Below are positions 9,377 to 18,073 of a DNA stretch of 20,632 nt, piece by piece. Below the pieces are notes generated by a model, which saw nothing but the letters and a program-made list of their open reading frames with translations, had not been told where the DNA came from and searched no databases. Positions within the stretch are counted from its first letter, which is position 1. Each line of letters starts with the position of its first letter. The stretch lies in NCBI GenBank assembly GCA_043819135.1, contig JBDRFG010000024.1:1-20632 (forward strand), in the 5' to 3' direction. The stretch comes from Candidatus Eiseniibacteriota bacterium (GTDB taxonomy: Bacteria; Joyebacterota; Joyebacteria; Joyebacterales; Joyebacteraceae). Position numbers and translations under genes: made by a program.

Positions 9377-10510
9377 CTACCGGATGTGCCCGTCCTGAGA
9401 GATGCGGAGCGTCGTTCCGTCCGGCCGCTTCACCGACGCCTCGAAACCGCTCGGCGACACGTGGACGGCGGGCGGCCAGTTCGCTCCCGGGGGCGCCCCG
9501 CCCAGACCCAGCGCATCGAGGTCGGCCGTGTAGCCGCCGTTGTTCCCGAAGAACGTCCTCTCTGCGTAGTAGAGCCGCATCAGGGTGCGCCGGTCTGCGG
9601 CCGAGGGGTCGGGCGCGTAGGCCGTCTCCGCCACACCCGCCGTGACACCCGAGAACTGCACGAATCCCCACATTTCGGGGTAGTGCATGTTGACGAGCCC
9701 CTGTGGCGACCACACCCAGTTGTCCTCCGGAAGCGGTCGTCCGGTCTCGGGGTCTGTCAGCTTGACGTAGTCGCCGTCGACGACCTCCGTCTTCCACTCG
9801 ACGCGCGAGAAGTTAACGCGCCACTGGTCCCCGTCCTCCGGAGGCGTGGGTCCGTGAGCGCACTCCTCGAGCACCGACCAGGGAATGGCCAGTTCTACGC
9901 TCCACCCCTCGTCGGTGTCTTCCGGATCGTTGATCGTGCCGCGAACGTCAATGCCCGTCCTGAGTCCCTGGATGTCCCAGGAGTCGATGGCCGTGCCGCC
10001 GTCGCGGTACGGCTTCGTAAGAAGTAGATCCCACTCGGTCCCGAACGCGTTGACCTCGAGTTCGTAGTACTCGTGCGTGTCACCGTCGGGGTCGATGAAG
10101 ACCTCGAAATCGTTGTCGTAGAATATGACGGAGTCGCGTTTGTCCAGCTTGGCCCAGACGTGCGGCTCTTCCATCTCGGCCGTCACGTAGAAGAAGTCAT
10201 CGTCCCACAGCATCTTCACCCTGGTCGAGAAGCGGGGTGCCGGCAGACGGTCGCCATCGATGTCAACGAACTCGTCGGTCCAGGGCGCGAACTGCCAGGC
10301 GCGCTCGTCGAGACGACCGTCGATAACAGGCGGCGCGTCGGTCCGGTAGCACACGTAGTTTCTCGGATCTCCGTCGAAGGAGGGTTTGGGGAACACATAG
10401 AGCGGAACGTCAGGAGCGGCCGCTCCCGGCAGCAGGAGGACGAAGCCGATGAGTTCGAGCGCACTGACCCAGTTCCCGGAGCGCCCGGCGCTCCGCGGTA
10501 CACGTTGCAT
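9377..10510 (-). CDS. Carbohydrate-binding family 9-like (CBM9/DOMON-like) protein, probably exported
   Basis: PVIDGRLDERAW, TRVKMLWDDDFFYV, DNDFEVFIDPDGD, YYELEVNAFGTEWD, GWSVELAIPW, WRVNFSRVEW, NWVWSPQG, MHYPEMWGFVQF. Hydrophobic N-terminal stretch (LIGFVLLLPGAAA); SD GGAGGG before ATG 10510. Confidence 0.85.
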   Translation of the reverse strand: MQRVPRSAGRSGNWVSALELIGFVLLLPGAAAPDVPLYVFPKPSFDGDPRNYVCYRTDAPPVIDGRLDERAWQFAPWTDEFVDIDGDRLPAPRFSTRVKMLWDDDFFYVTAEMEEPHVWAKLDKRDSVIFYDNDFEVFIDPDGDTHEYYELEVNAFGTEWDLLLTKPYRDGGTAIDSWDIQGLRTGIDVRGTINDPEDTDEGWSVELAIPWSVLEECAHGPTPPEDGDQWRVNFSRVEWKTEVVDGDYVKLTDPETGRPLPEDNWVWSPQGLVNMHYPEMWGFVQFSGVTAGVAETAYAPDPSAADRRTLMRLYYAERTFFGNNGGYTADLDALGLGGAPPGANWPPAVHVSPSGFEASVKRPDGTTLRISQDGHIR

Positions 10511-10575
10511 GCGTCCCTCCCGATCCTCGGGTGCTGCGGCGACGCCGCGGCCGGCGCACCGTGCGTGTTCCGCGG

Positions 10576-10581
10576 ATTATA
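10576..10581 (-). promoter_or_regulatory. Candidate -10 element (TATAAT) for an internal promoter upstream of the CBM9-like gene
   Basis: Perfect TATAAT on the minus strand in the 106-bp intergenic gap of a high-GC region; no convincing -35 element. Confidence 0.35.
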
Positions 10582-10616
10582 CATCATTTCCGGTCCAGTG
10601 CGCCCGCGCTGTCGCC

Positions 10617-13058
10617 CTAGTCGTTCCTGAGCCTGAAGCAGCGGATGCCCCAGCTCGCCTTTCTGCACTCTGCGAGCGCTGCCGCCTGGTCCGCCAGTTC
10701 GTCTCCCCACAGGACGGAGTAGCGGAACTCATAGAAGCCGCCCAACTCGGCCGAGAAGTTCGTTTCCCAGTAGTTGGTCATGAGCCAGGCGTACGGGAGC
10801 GCAGGATCGCCTGCGAGGGCGGGGTCGCCCGCGAGGAGCCTGGGACCGTGCTCGAGCGCGCCCAGCTGAAGAAGATGGTTGTCCAGAGTCGCGACGCCGA
10901 CGCCGTATCCCTCGGACACGATCGCGAACCCCTCCTGGATGCTGTAGAAGTCCGTGAGCGTTCCGGGTATCTGGTCGATGCGCGGACGCACGGCGGCACC
11001 GGCCTTGTCCAGCCAGAGCTGCGCGTCCGGCACACCGGTCGTGAAGGGCAGCGACAGATAGACGTTCTCCGGCTCCCACACGCTGTCCTTGTGCATCCTC
11101 ACGGCGACGTCGACGCGCGGTTCGTCCAGGTAGGCCCTGAGTTCCACGGTGAAGAGACTGATCCCGGGCGCGCCGTAGTCGAGCCACGTCGAGACGAACA
11201 CGTCCCCGCCCTCGACGCCGGCCGACCCGATGAGACAGCCCGAGGAGCGAACGGCGTCCTCGCCCTTCCTGTTGAGGCCCATCTTCCCTCGGACCGGCCA
11301 CACGTCGTCGGGCCCCGGCACCGGCGTCACCTCGTGGACCGGCGTGAACGCGGCGTGGCGGCGGTCGGGACGCAGGAGTTCCCGCGACAGCGCTGTGTCG
11401 AACCAACTGACGATGCCGTCGCCGGGCGCCCAGGCTATCCGCACGAACGGGGTTTCGAGCACCCCCTCCTCGCGCGGCTCCGCCGGTCCGGCCGCCGGTT
11501 CGCTGTCGCTCGAGTCGCACGGCTTCGGCGCTTCTTCCCGACCAGCACGTCCACCCGCAGGTACGAGTTCCAGCTGGCGTTCCTCCCCCGCCTCCAGTTC
11601 CAGGTGGACGAAGAACTGCGCGCCGGGCGGCGTGAGCAAGAGCTGGCAGGGCAGCTCGGCATCCGCCTCGACGTCCCTGACCACCGCGCCGCCGCCGAAA
11701 CCCAGCTCGTGAAACTCGAAGTGTCTGACGAGCAGGCTCGCGACACCGCTCACGGCGTGGTCGAGGGGATTGATGGCCCGATAGCGGCTACCGGCGACGG
11801 CCGACAGCGGCGCCGCGCCGAGTTCTTCCAGCGCGTCGGCGACCAGCTCCCGGGCGTCGTCGTGAGCGCTCGCCGCGAAGCCTCTCTTTCTCTCGGAGAT
11901 CGCGTGCACCATGTAGTGCCACGGTTCGATCATCGAGAAGCTGTGGCTGAACGTGTGTTCCGAGTAGAGAGCAAGCTGGTCCTCGACGGCGCGCGTGTCG
12001 GCGTGCGTGAGGTCAGGGTACCGCTCGAGCAGCCTGCGGTAGTACTGAAGCGCGCGCTGCGCGCGGCGGAAGAGCATCGTGCTCTCCGGGTCGCCCGCGC
12101 AGCCGTCCGACCACCAATCTGGCCAGTCGCCGCGATGGACCGGTATGTCGCGTTCCGATTCCCTCAGGCGTTCGAAGAACTGTGAGAGCGTGACCATCCT
12201 GATCCGGTAGCGGTCTCCGTGCTCGCTGTTCCAGCGCTCTATGAAGTCGACGACCCCGGGCGACGGCGGCGCATTGTCGGACCGCAGGCCCGACGCCATC
12301 ACGGGAACGAAGTCGTACGGGTAGCCCTCTGCCTCGAGACCATCGAAGTAGCGCGGGATGCGCCTCTCGGCCACGCCCCAGTGGTTGTGGTAGATCATGT
12401 CCGCGTCGCAGTCGTCCTTGGTGTGGTACGAAGAGACGGCGTCCGGGACGATACCGAGCTCGTTCCCGAAGTGGTAGTGCTCGCCGCTCCACACGAGGAC
12501 GCGGTCGCCCCCCGGCGTCTCCCACCAGAACGGGACCTGCTTCGCGCCCAGCGGGTACATCCCGTGATGGGTGTGTATGCACGTGAAGAGATTCGCGATG
12601 CCGTTGTCGTGGAGCGCCTGGGAGTAGCCCCAGCTGTACCCGTTGATGTCCGCGGTCATCGCCGAGTCGACCGGAACCCCGATCGAGTTTCCGTAGTTGG
12701 CGGCGCGCGCCAGCATGTTCGAAAGGGTCTCGTAGCCCAGAAGCTCGTTCGAGTTCAGGTAGTTGCCCGAGATGCCGATGGCGCCCGAGCGGACCGCGGC
12801 GGCGAACGCCTCCGCCTCCTGCACGGTCGCCTGCTCGAGGAACCGCTCAACGCCCCAGAACGTCTCGCACGTCCACCTGAACCCGTCGAAGTGCGGGACC
12901 ACCCGCTCGCGCGTGCTTTCGATGATGTCGAGCGCCTGCCGGATGAAGTCCGACTGCCAGCGCGCGACGCGGCCCTGAAGCTCGGTGTAGCCGATGTCGG
13001 TGTGCGTGTGGTGGATGACGTAGAGCGTTTTCACGGACGCGCTCTCGTGTGGTGGCAT
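10617..13058 (-). CDS. GH38-like glycoside hydrolase (divergent N-terminal Zn-binding barrel), ~813 aa, no signal peptide
   Basis: VIHHTHTDIGYT (HxHxD metal motif), FRWTCE, AMTADINGYSWG (putative nucleophile), PFWWETPGG, SDNAPP, GDWPDWWSDG, LYSEHTF, YAWLMTNYWETNF. The likely start is ATG 13058 after SD GGAGG; the track's 13184 start overlaps the upstream gene. Confidence 0.8.
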   Translation of the reverse strand: MPPHESASVKTLYVIHHTHTDIGYTELQGRVARWQSDFIRQALDIIESTRERVVPHFDGFRWTCETFWGVERFLEQATVQEAEAFAAAVRSGAIGISGNYLNSNELLGYETLSNMLARAANYGNSIGVPVDSAMTADINGYSWGYSQALHDNGIANLFTCIHTHHGMYPLGAKQVPFWWETPGGDRVLVWSGEHYHFGNELGIVPDAVSSYHTKDDCDADMIYHNHWGVAERRIPRYFDGLEAEGYPYDFVPVMASGLRSDNAPPSPGVVDFIERWNSEHGDRYRIRMVTLSQFFERLRESERDIPVHRGDWPDWWSDGCAGDPESTMLFRRAQRALQYYRRLLERYPDLTHADTRAVEDQLALYSEHTFSHSFSMIEPWHYMVHAISERKRGFAASAHDDARELVADALEELGAAPLSAVAGSRYRAINPLDHAVSGVASLLVRHFEFHELGFGGGAVVRDVEADAELPCQLLLTPPGAQFFVHLELEAGEERQLELVPAGGRAGREEAPKPCDSSDSEPAAGPAEPREEGVLETPFVRIAWAPGDGIVSWFDTALSRELLRPDRRHAAFTPVHEVTPVPGPDDVWPVRGKMGLNRKGEDAVRSSGCLIGSAGVEGGDVFVSTWLDYGAPGISLFTVELRAYLDEPRVDVAVRMHKDSVWEPENVYLSLPFTTGVPDAQLWLDKAGAAVRPRIDQIPGTLTDFYSIQEGFAIVSEGYGVGVATLDNHLLQLGALEHGPRLLAGDPALAGDPALPYAWLMTNYWETNFSAELGGFYEFRYSVLWGDELADQAAALAECRKASWGIRCFRLRND

Positions 13059-13090
13059 CGCATGTTCCTCCGCGGCGTCGCTTCCTCGCG

Positions 13091-14014
13091 CTACCGTCCG
13101 AAGAATCCTCTGATCCGCTCGAAGAAGCCCAGTCTGCCTTCCTGGAGCGCCGTCGTCGGAACGCCCCACCTGTTCAGGCGCCACGACAGGTGCTCCTCGA
13201 ATCCCGAGTAGGTCTCGATGGTCCCGTCCTCGAGCGACACCCTGAATATCCGGTCGAAGTCGCGCTCGAGGGCCACGTAGATCTCGCCGAGTTCCGGGTC
13301 GAACACCATCGAGCAGCGCGTCAGTTCCCAGGAGGTCCGTTCGAGCAGCTCGAGTCCATTGGCGACATCGAAGCTTTCGAAGTGCTCCTCGATGTAGTCG
13401 TGTGCGAGTTTGTACCGGTCGGCGCCCACGCCGCGGACGTGGTCGATGTCGTCATTGACGAACCGGCAGTTCGCGAAGTTCGTCATCACGATGCGGTCGC
13501 GCTCGATCGGCGTGACGGCCGTGCCGTCCTCGCCGGGCTCGACGATCATGGCGCGCCCGGTGGGGTCGGCGAACAGGAGGTGGAGCGTCACGCTGGGGCA
13601 GTCGACCATTTGATGGGTCAAGAGGTGCTCCTCGACGTCGGAGACGGCAGCGAAGTCCGCGAGCGCCTGCGCGTACAGCTCCCAGGGACACTGCTCCCCG
13701 GGGCCGCGTCCCGGGGCATCCGGGACCATCGGATTCAGCTCCTGCTGCGCCACGAAGAGCCCGTGTTCGTTCATGCCTGCGGTCCTGGGTATCCTCCTGG
13801 GTCCTCTGACGAAGGCAAGGTGGAAGGCCCTCGTTCCGTCCGACTCCTCTATCGTAAGTCTCACCGGAACAGCGGGGTCGTAGTCGAAGTTCATGCCGTA
13901 GAGCGCTGTCTCCGAGTACACCGCGAAGCTGGTGCAGGCGCGGCAGATGGGCGCCCCGCACAGCAGAGCGGCCGTGACGGCGGCCGCGACTGCGAGTCTA
14001 CTGCTTCTTCTCAT
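13091..14014 (-). CDS. Secreted Ntn-hydrolase (linear amide C-N hydrolase / choloylglycine hydrolase / acid ceramidase-like)
   Basis: Signal peptide MRRSSRLAVAAAVTAALLCGAPICRA followed directly by CTSF (N-terminal Cys nucleophile); YGMNFDY, AGMNEHGLFV, HLLFADPTGRAMIVE, VMTNF, DRY. The likely start is ATG 14014. Confidence 0.82.
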   Translation of the reverse strand: MRRSSRLAVAAAVTAALLCGAPICRACTSFAVYSETALYGMNFDYDPAVPVRLTIEESDGTRAFHLAFVRGPRRIPRTAGMNEHGLFVAQQELNPMVPDAPGRGPGEQCPWELYAQALADFAAVSDVEEHLLTHQMVDCPSVTLHLLFADPTGRAMIVEPGEDGTAVTPIERDRIVMTNFANCRFVNDDIDHVRGVGADRYKLAHDYIEEHFESFDVANGLELLERTSWELTRCSMVFDPELGEIYVALERDFDRIFRVSLEDGTIETYSGFEEHLSWRLNRWGVPTTALQEGRLGFFERIRGFFGR

Positions 14015-14160
14015 TTCTCCGTCTCCCGGGCTCGGGGCGGTGTACGGCTCCGTATCGATATCCACTCTGCTACCACATCCGGGGGCGAGCCTCAAGGTTG
14101 GACTACGTGGGCTCCGCGAGCGGCCTGCGCGCGGGCCGGGAGCCCGTGCAGGAATCCGCT

Positions 14161-14188
14161 TTGCCGGGCCGCACGTGTCCTCTAGAAT
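14161..14188 (+). promoter_or_regulatory. Candidate sigma70-type promoter for the kinase gene (TTGCCG-N16-TAGAAT)
   Basis: TTGCCG at 14161-14166 and TAGAAT at 14183-14188 in the divergent intergenic region, ~56 nt before ATG 14245. Confidence 0.35.
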
Positions 14189-14244
14189 GACTCTGAGCCA
14201 CCGACTGCGACGACCGCAACGGGAAGGCGCCGGGGGTACACTGC

Positions 14245-16512
14245 ATGATAGGCAAGATAGTCTCACACTACAGGATTATCGAGAAGATAGGCCAGGGCGG
14301 CATGGGCGTCGTCTACAAGGCGGAGGACCTGCGACTCAGGCGAACGGTCGCGCTCAAGTTCCTTCCGCACGAGATGACGCTGAACCCGGACGCCAAGGCC
14401 AGGTTCATGCACGAGGCCAGAAGCGCCTCCGCGCTCGAACATCCTTCCATCTGCAACATCCACGAGATCGACGAGACCGAGGACGGCCAGCTTTTCATCT
14501 GCATGGCCTGCTACGAAGGCGAGCCGCTGAGTGCGCGCATAGCCCTCGGACCGCTCGACATGGACGAGGCTCTGGGCATCGCGCTCCAGGTGGCGGAGGG
14601 CCTCGCCGAGGCCAGCTCCCGGGGCATCGTCCACAGGGACATCAAGCCCGGCAACATCCTGCTGACGGACGGCGGAAGCGTCAAGATAGTCGACTTCGGA
14701 CTCGCCAAGCTGGCGGGCGCCACGCGGATCACGCGCACCGGAACGACCATGGGGACGGCCGCCTACATGTCACCTGAGCAGGTCGAAGGCAGGGACATCG
14801 ACCACCGGTCCGACGTCTGGTCGCTGGGGGCCGTGCTCTACGAGATGATCACCGGCCGCCCGCCGTTCGGCGGCGATACCGAGCTGACCGTCATGTACTC
14901 GATCATGAACAGCGACCTCGACGAGATGTGCCGCGAGCGTCCAGACGTGCCCCCTGACCTCGAACGCATCGTCGGCCGCATGCTGGCGAAGGACCCGTCC
15001 GAGCGATTCAACGACGCGGCGGAGGTCGTGCGGGACCTCCGGGCTCTCCTGGCTCTCCGGGCTCTTGGGACCACCGACGGGAGCAGGACGTCCGTATCTG
15101 CTCCAGCGACCGCGGCGGGCTCGAGGCCCAACCCCTCGATAGCCGTCATGCCGTTCGTGGACATGAGCGCCGACGGCGACCAGGAGTATTTCTGTGACGG
15201 AATGGCCGAGGAGATCATGAACGCGCTCACTCACGTCGAGGGGCTTCGCGTCGTCGCGAGGGCGTCGGCGTTCGCGTTCAAGGGCAGGAACGACGACATT
15301 CGCGAGATCGGCAGGAAGCTCAAGGTCGCCACTCTGCTGGAGGGAAGCGTGCGGAAGTCGGGCTCGCGCATGCGCGTGACGGCCGAGCTCGTCAGCGTGC
15401 AGGACGGGTTCCGTCTCTGGTCGGAGCGATACGACAGCGACATCGAGGACGTGTTCGCCGTACAGGACGACATCTCGCTCGCGATCGTCGACAAGCTCCG
15501 GCTCAGGCTCGTCTCGGACGACAAGGAGAAGCTCCTCAGAAGGCACACGGAGGACCCAGAGGCCCTCAATCTGTGTCTCAAGGGACGCTTCTTCTGGAAC
15601 AAGAGGACAGAGGACAACCTTCTGCGCGCCATCGACCACTACGAGCAGGCCATCGCCCGCGACCCCGGGTACGCGCTCGCGTACGCGGGACTCGCTGACT
15701 GCTACATCGTTCTTCCGGACTACAGTTCTGTCGCTCCGCGGACGGCCTGCCCGAAGGCGAAGGACGCCGTCATGCGGGCCCTGGAGATCGACGACTCGCT
15801 TGCCGAGGCTCACGCCTCGCTCGCTCTCGTGCGCACCACATACGACTGGGACTGGTCCGGAGCCGAGCGTGAATTCAGGCGCGCGATCGAGATCACTCCC
15901 TCCTACGCCACCGCGCACTACTGGTTCGCGCTGCACCTGATGTGGATGGGGCGCATGGACGAGGCACTGGAGAGGATCGAGAAGGCGCGCGAGCTCGACC
16001 CGCTCTCGCTCGTCATCTACAGGAACCTGGCGCAGATGTGCATCTTCGCGCGGCGGTACGATGAGGCCATCGAAGCCCTCAAGCGGACCATTGAGATGGA
16101 CCCACGATTCCCGGTGGCGCACGTTCTTCTTGGAGAGGCCTACTCGCACAAGGGTATGAAGGAGGAGGCGCTGGCCGAATTCCGGAAGGAGCGCGAGCTC
16201 TCCGGTGAATTCGGTCCCGGCGTCGATACGCGGATCGGCAGCGCCTACGTGAGGTTGGGCATGCGCAACGAGGCCGAGGAGGTGTTGAGCCGCCTGGCCG
16301 TCCACGCGCAGGAGGCCTTCGTCAAGCCCTCGGACCTCGCCGAGGTGCTCTTCTCGCTCGGCGAGCGCGACCGTGCCTTCGAGTGCCTCGAGGCCGCGTT
16401 CGAGGAGCGCGACAAGGGAGTCCTGGGCCTCAAGGTCTATCCCGTCTACGACGACGTCCGGTCCGATCCCAGATTCAGGGCGCTCCTCTCCAGGATGGGG
16501 CTGGAAGGCTGA
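14245..16512 (+). CDS. Hanks-type Ser/Thr protein kinase with TolB-like middle domain and C-terminal TPR repeats
   Basis: IGQGGMGVVYKA, VALKFL, HRDIKPGN, DFGLAK, GTAAYMSPEQ, SDVWSLG; SIAVMPFVDMSADGDQEYFCDGMAEEI (TolB-like); TPR helices (AIARDPGYALAYAGLA, AIEITPSYATAHYW, ARELDPLS). No clear TM segment. Confidence 0.95.
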   Translation: MIGKIVSHYRIIEKIGQGGMGVVYKAEDLRLRRTVALKFLPHEMTLNPDAKARFMHEARSASALEHPSICNIHEIDETEDGQLFICMACYEGEPLSARIALGPLDMDEALGIALQVAEGLAEASSRGIVHRDIKPGNILLTDGGSVKIVDFGLAKLAGATRITRTGTTMGTAAYMSPEQVEGRDIDHRSDVWSLGAVLYEMITGRPPFGGDTELTVMYSIMNSDLDEMCRERPDVPPDLERIVGRMLAKDPSERFNDAAEVVRDLRALLALRALGTTDGSRTSVSAPATAAGSRPNPSIAVMPFVDMSADGDQEYFCDGMAEEIMNALTHVEGLRVVARASAFAFKGRNDDIREIGRKLKVATLLEGSVRKSGSRMRVTAELVSVQDGFRLWSERYDSDIEDVFAVQDDISLAIVDKLRLRLVSDDKEKLLRRHTEDPEALNLCLKGRFFWNKRTEDNLLRAIDHYEQAIARDPGYALAYAGLADCYIVLPDYSSVAPRTACPKAKDAVMRALEIDDSLAEAHASLALVRTTYDWDWSGAEREFRRAIEITPSYATAHYWFALHLMWMGRMDEALERIEKARELDPLSLVIYRNLAQMCIFARRYDEAIEALKRTIEMDPRFPVAHVLLGEAYSHKGMKEEALAEFRKERELSGEFGPGVDTRIGSAYVRLGMRNEAEEVLSRLAVHAQEAFVKPSDLAEVLFSLGERDRAFECLEAAFEERDKGVLGLKVYPVYDDVRSDPRFRALLSRMGLEG

Positions 16513-16551
16513 CCGCCCGCGGACCACCGGCGCCTCGCGTCGGTCCCGCGA

Positions 16552-16568
16552 GCAGCAATCTTTGCTGC
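16552..16568. repeat. Perfect inverted repeat GCAGCAA-TCT-TTGCTGC (operator-like dyad or small hairpin)
   Basis: 7-bp arms with a 3-nt spacer in the intergenic region between the kinase and RsbW-like genes. Confidence 0.5.
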
Positions 16569-16747
16569 ACTTCTGCCACTCTTGCAGGGATTTCCCTTCC
16601 CATCCTCCTCGGAATCGCGTAGCATCACTCCCACTCGTAATGACTGAATATCAATCCTGACCCCGCACTGTGTCCGGGCGGCGCACCGCGAGCGTGCGGA
16701 GTGGCGCGCACGGGAGAGTGCCGAGTCCGTGCACGGGCGCGTCCGCC

Positions 16748-17161
16748 ATGCAGAGAGCGTTCGACAGAAGCCTGAACTCCCTCGGAGAGATCCTCAAGTT
16801 CGTCGACGTCTTCGCCGAGCAGCAGGGTCTGAGCGGCAAGACCGCCTTCGCGACGAGGCTGGTCACGGAGGAGCTGTTCGCGAACTTCGTCAGGCACAAT
16901 CGGGGTGGCGAGGACCGCATCGAGGTCAGTCTATGCATGGACGCGGGTCTGCTGACGCTCAGGCTGCGGGACTTCGGTGTCGAGCCGTTCGACATCGCGG
17001 ACCGCGGGCCGGTGGACGTGAGCCGGCCGCTGAGCGAGCGCACGGCGGGTGGTCTTGGACTGCATTTTGTGAAGAGCTTCTTCGACAGCCTGTCGTACGA
17101 GTACTCCGACGGGACGGCGTGCGTCACGGCGACCAAGAGCATCGGGGGGGTGGATGTTTGA
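16748..17161 (+). CDS. RsbW/SpoIIAB-like anti-sigma factor / Ser kinase (HATPase_c-like ATP-binding protein)
   Basis: EELFANFVRH (N box), LRDFGVEPFD (G1), GGLGLHFVKSFFDSLSY (G2). The likely start is ATG 16748 (137 aa); overlaps the STAS gene by 8 nt. Confidence 0.88.
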   Translation: MQRAFDRSLNSLGEILKFVDVFAEQQGLSGKTAFATRLVTEELFANFVRHNRGGEDRIEVSLCMDAGLLTLRLRDFGVEPFDIADRGPVDVSRPLSERTAGGLGLHFVKSFFDSLSYEYSDGTACVTATKSIGGVDV

Positions 17162-17438
17162 CATCAGGCTGGCCGACGACGGACGCATCCTCCTGTCGGG
17201 AAGGCTCGACGCCTCTCAGGTCGAGAGCGTCAGGACCGTTCTCGGTACTGTTACAGGATCGTGCACGCTCGACTTCTCCGAGCTCGAGTACATCTCGAGT
17301 CTGGGTCTCGGCGTGCTTCTCGAGGCGCAGAAGCGTCTGACCGATGCGGGCCAAGGCCTGATCATCACCAATCTGAGCGCGCATATCGCGGACCTGTTCA
17401 AGCTCGCGGGATTCGACCGGATCTTCGAGATCAGATAG
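17154..17438 (+). CDS. STAS-domain anti-sigma factor antagonist (RsbV/SpoIIAA-like)
   Basis: LSGRLDA, LDFSELEYISSLGLGVLL (phospho-Ser motif), IADLFKLAGFDRIF; 94 aa. Confidence 0.92.
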   Translation: MFDIRLADDGRILLSGRLDASQVESVRTVLGTVTGSCTLDFSELEYISSLGLGVLLEAQKRLTDAGQGLIITNLSAHIADLFKLAGFDRIFEIR

Positions 17439-17499
17439 CCGAACCCGCGTTCGGCCTCCGGTCCCCCACTGCCCCGGGGGGCCGGGTGGCTTCGCCACC
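17438..17499 (+). other. Three consecutive GC-rich hairpins between the STAS and ECF sigma genes
   Basis: GCCGAAC-ccgc-GTTCGGC (17438-17455); CCGGTCCCCC-N8-GGGGGGCCGG (17458-17485, one G-U pair); GGTGGC-ttc-GCCACC (17485-17499). No U-tract. Confidence 0.5.
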
Positions 17500-17536
17500 G
17501 ATTCCCGCCAACATTCGAGGCTCCCGGACTGTAGTT

Positions 17537-18073
17537 ATGATAGATGAAGCGCGTGTCATAGAGATGGCCAGAGAGGGCGACAGCGGGGCCTTCGAAACGA
17601 TCCTCGAGAGGTACGAGAAACCGGTCTTCAACGCAGCCTACAGGATAGTAGCCGACTATGAAGATGCAGCGGATGTCACTCAGACGGTCTTCCTCAAGGT
17701 TCACCAGAAGCTCGGGAGCTACAAGCCCGAGTACAAGTTCTTCAGCTGGATCTATCGGATCGCCGTCAACGAGGCCATCAACTTCGGCAAGCGCCGCACG
17801 CGCGAGCGTCCGCTCGATGATGCTCTCGCTGCGCGTCAAGGTCATTCTGTCGATCATCTTGCTCGCATTGCACGTGATGAGCTGATTCAGGGAGCGCTTC
17901 GCGCGCTCAAGATGGATTACCGAGTGGTGGTGGTGATGAAGTACTTCCTGGAGCTGTCCTACAAGGAGATCGGCGACATCGTGGGGATTCCTGAGAAGAC
18001 GGTGAAGTCGCGGTTGTTCACGGGCAGGGAGCTTCTCAGACAAGAGCTGGTCCAAAGGGGATACTCAAGGTGA
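17537..18073 (+). CDS. ECF (sigma-70 group 4) RNA polymerase sigma factor
   Basis: GDSGAFETILERYEKPVFNAAYRIV, DAADVTQTVFLKV, FFSWIYRIAVN (region 2); LSYKEIGDIVGIPEKTVKSRLFTGR (region 4). The likely start is ATG 17537 (178 aa). Confidence 0.95.
   Translation: MIDEARVIEMAREGDSGAFETILERYEKPVFNAAYRIVADYEDAADVTQTVFLKVHQKLGSYKPEYKFFSWIYRIAVNEAINFGKRRTRERPLDDALAARQGHSVDHLARIARDELIQGALRALKMDYRVVVVMKYFLELSYKEIGDIVGIPEKTVKSRLFTGRELLRQELVQRGYSR

Noticed and set aside
16563..16578. Sigma54 promoter (GG-N10-GC) on the minus strand
   Set aside because: TGGCAGAAGTGCAGCA lacks the TTGC consensus and points antisense into the kinase gene.
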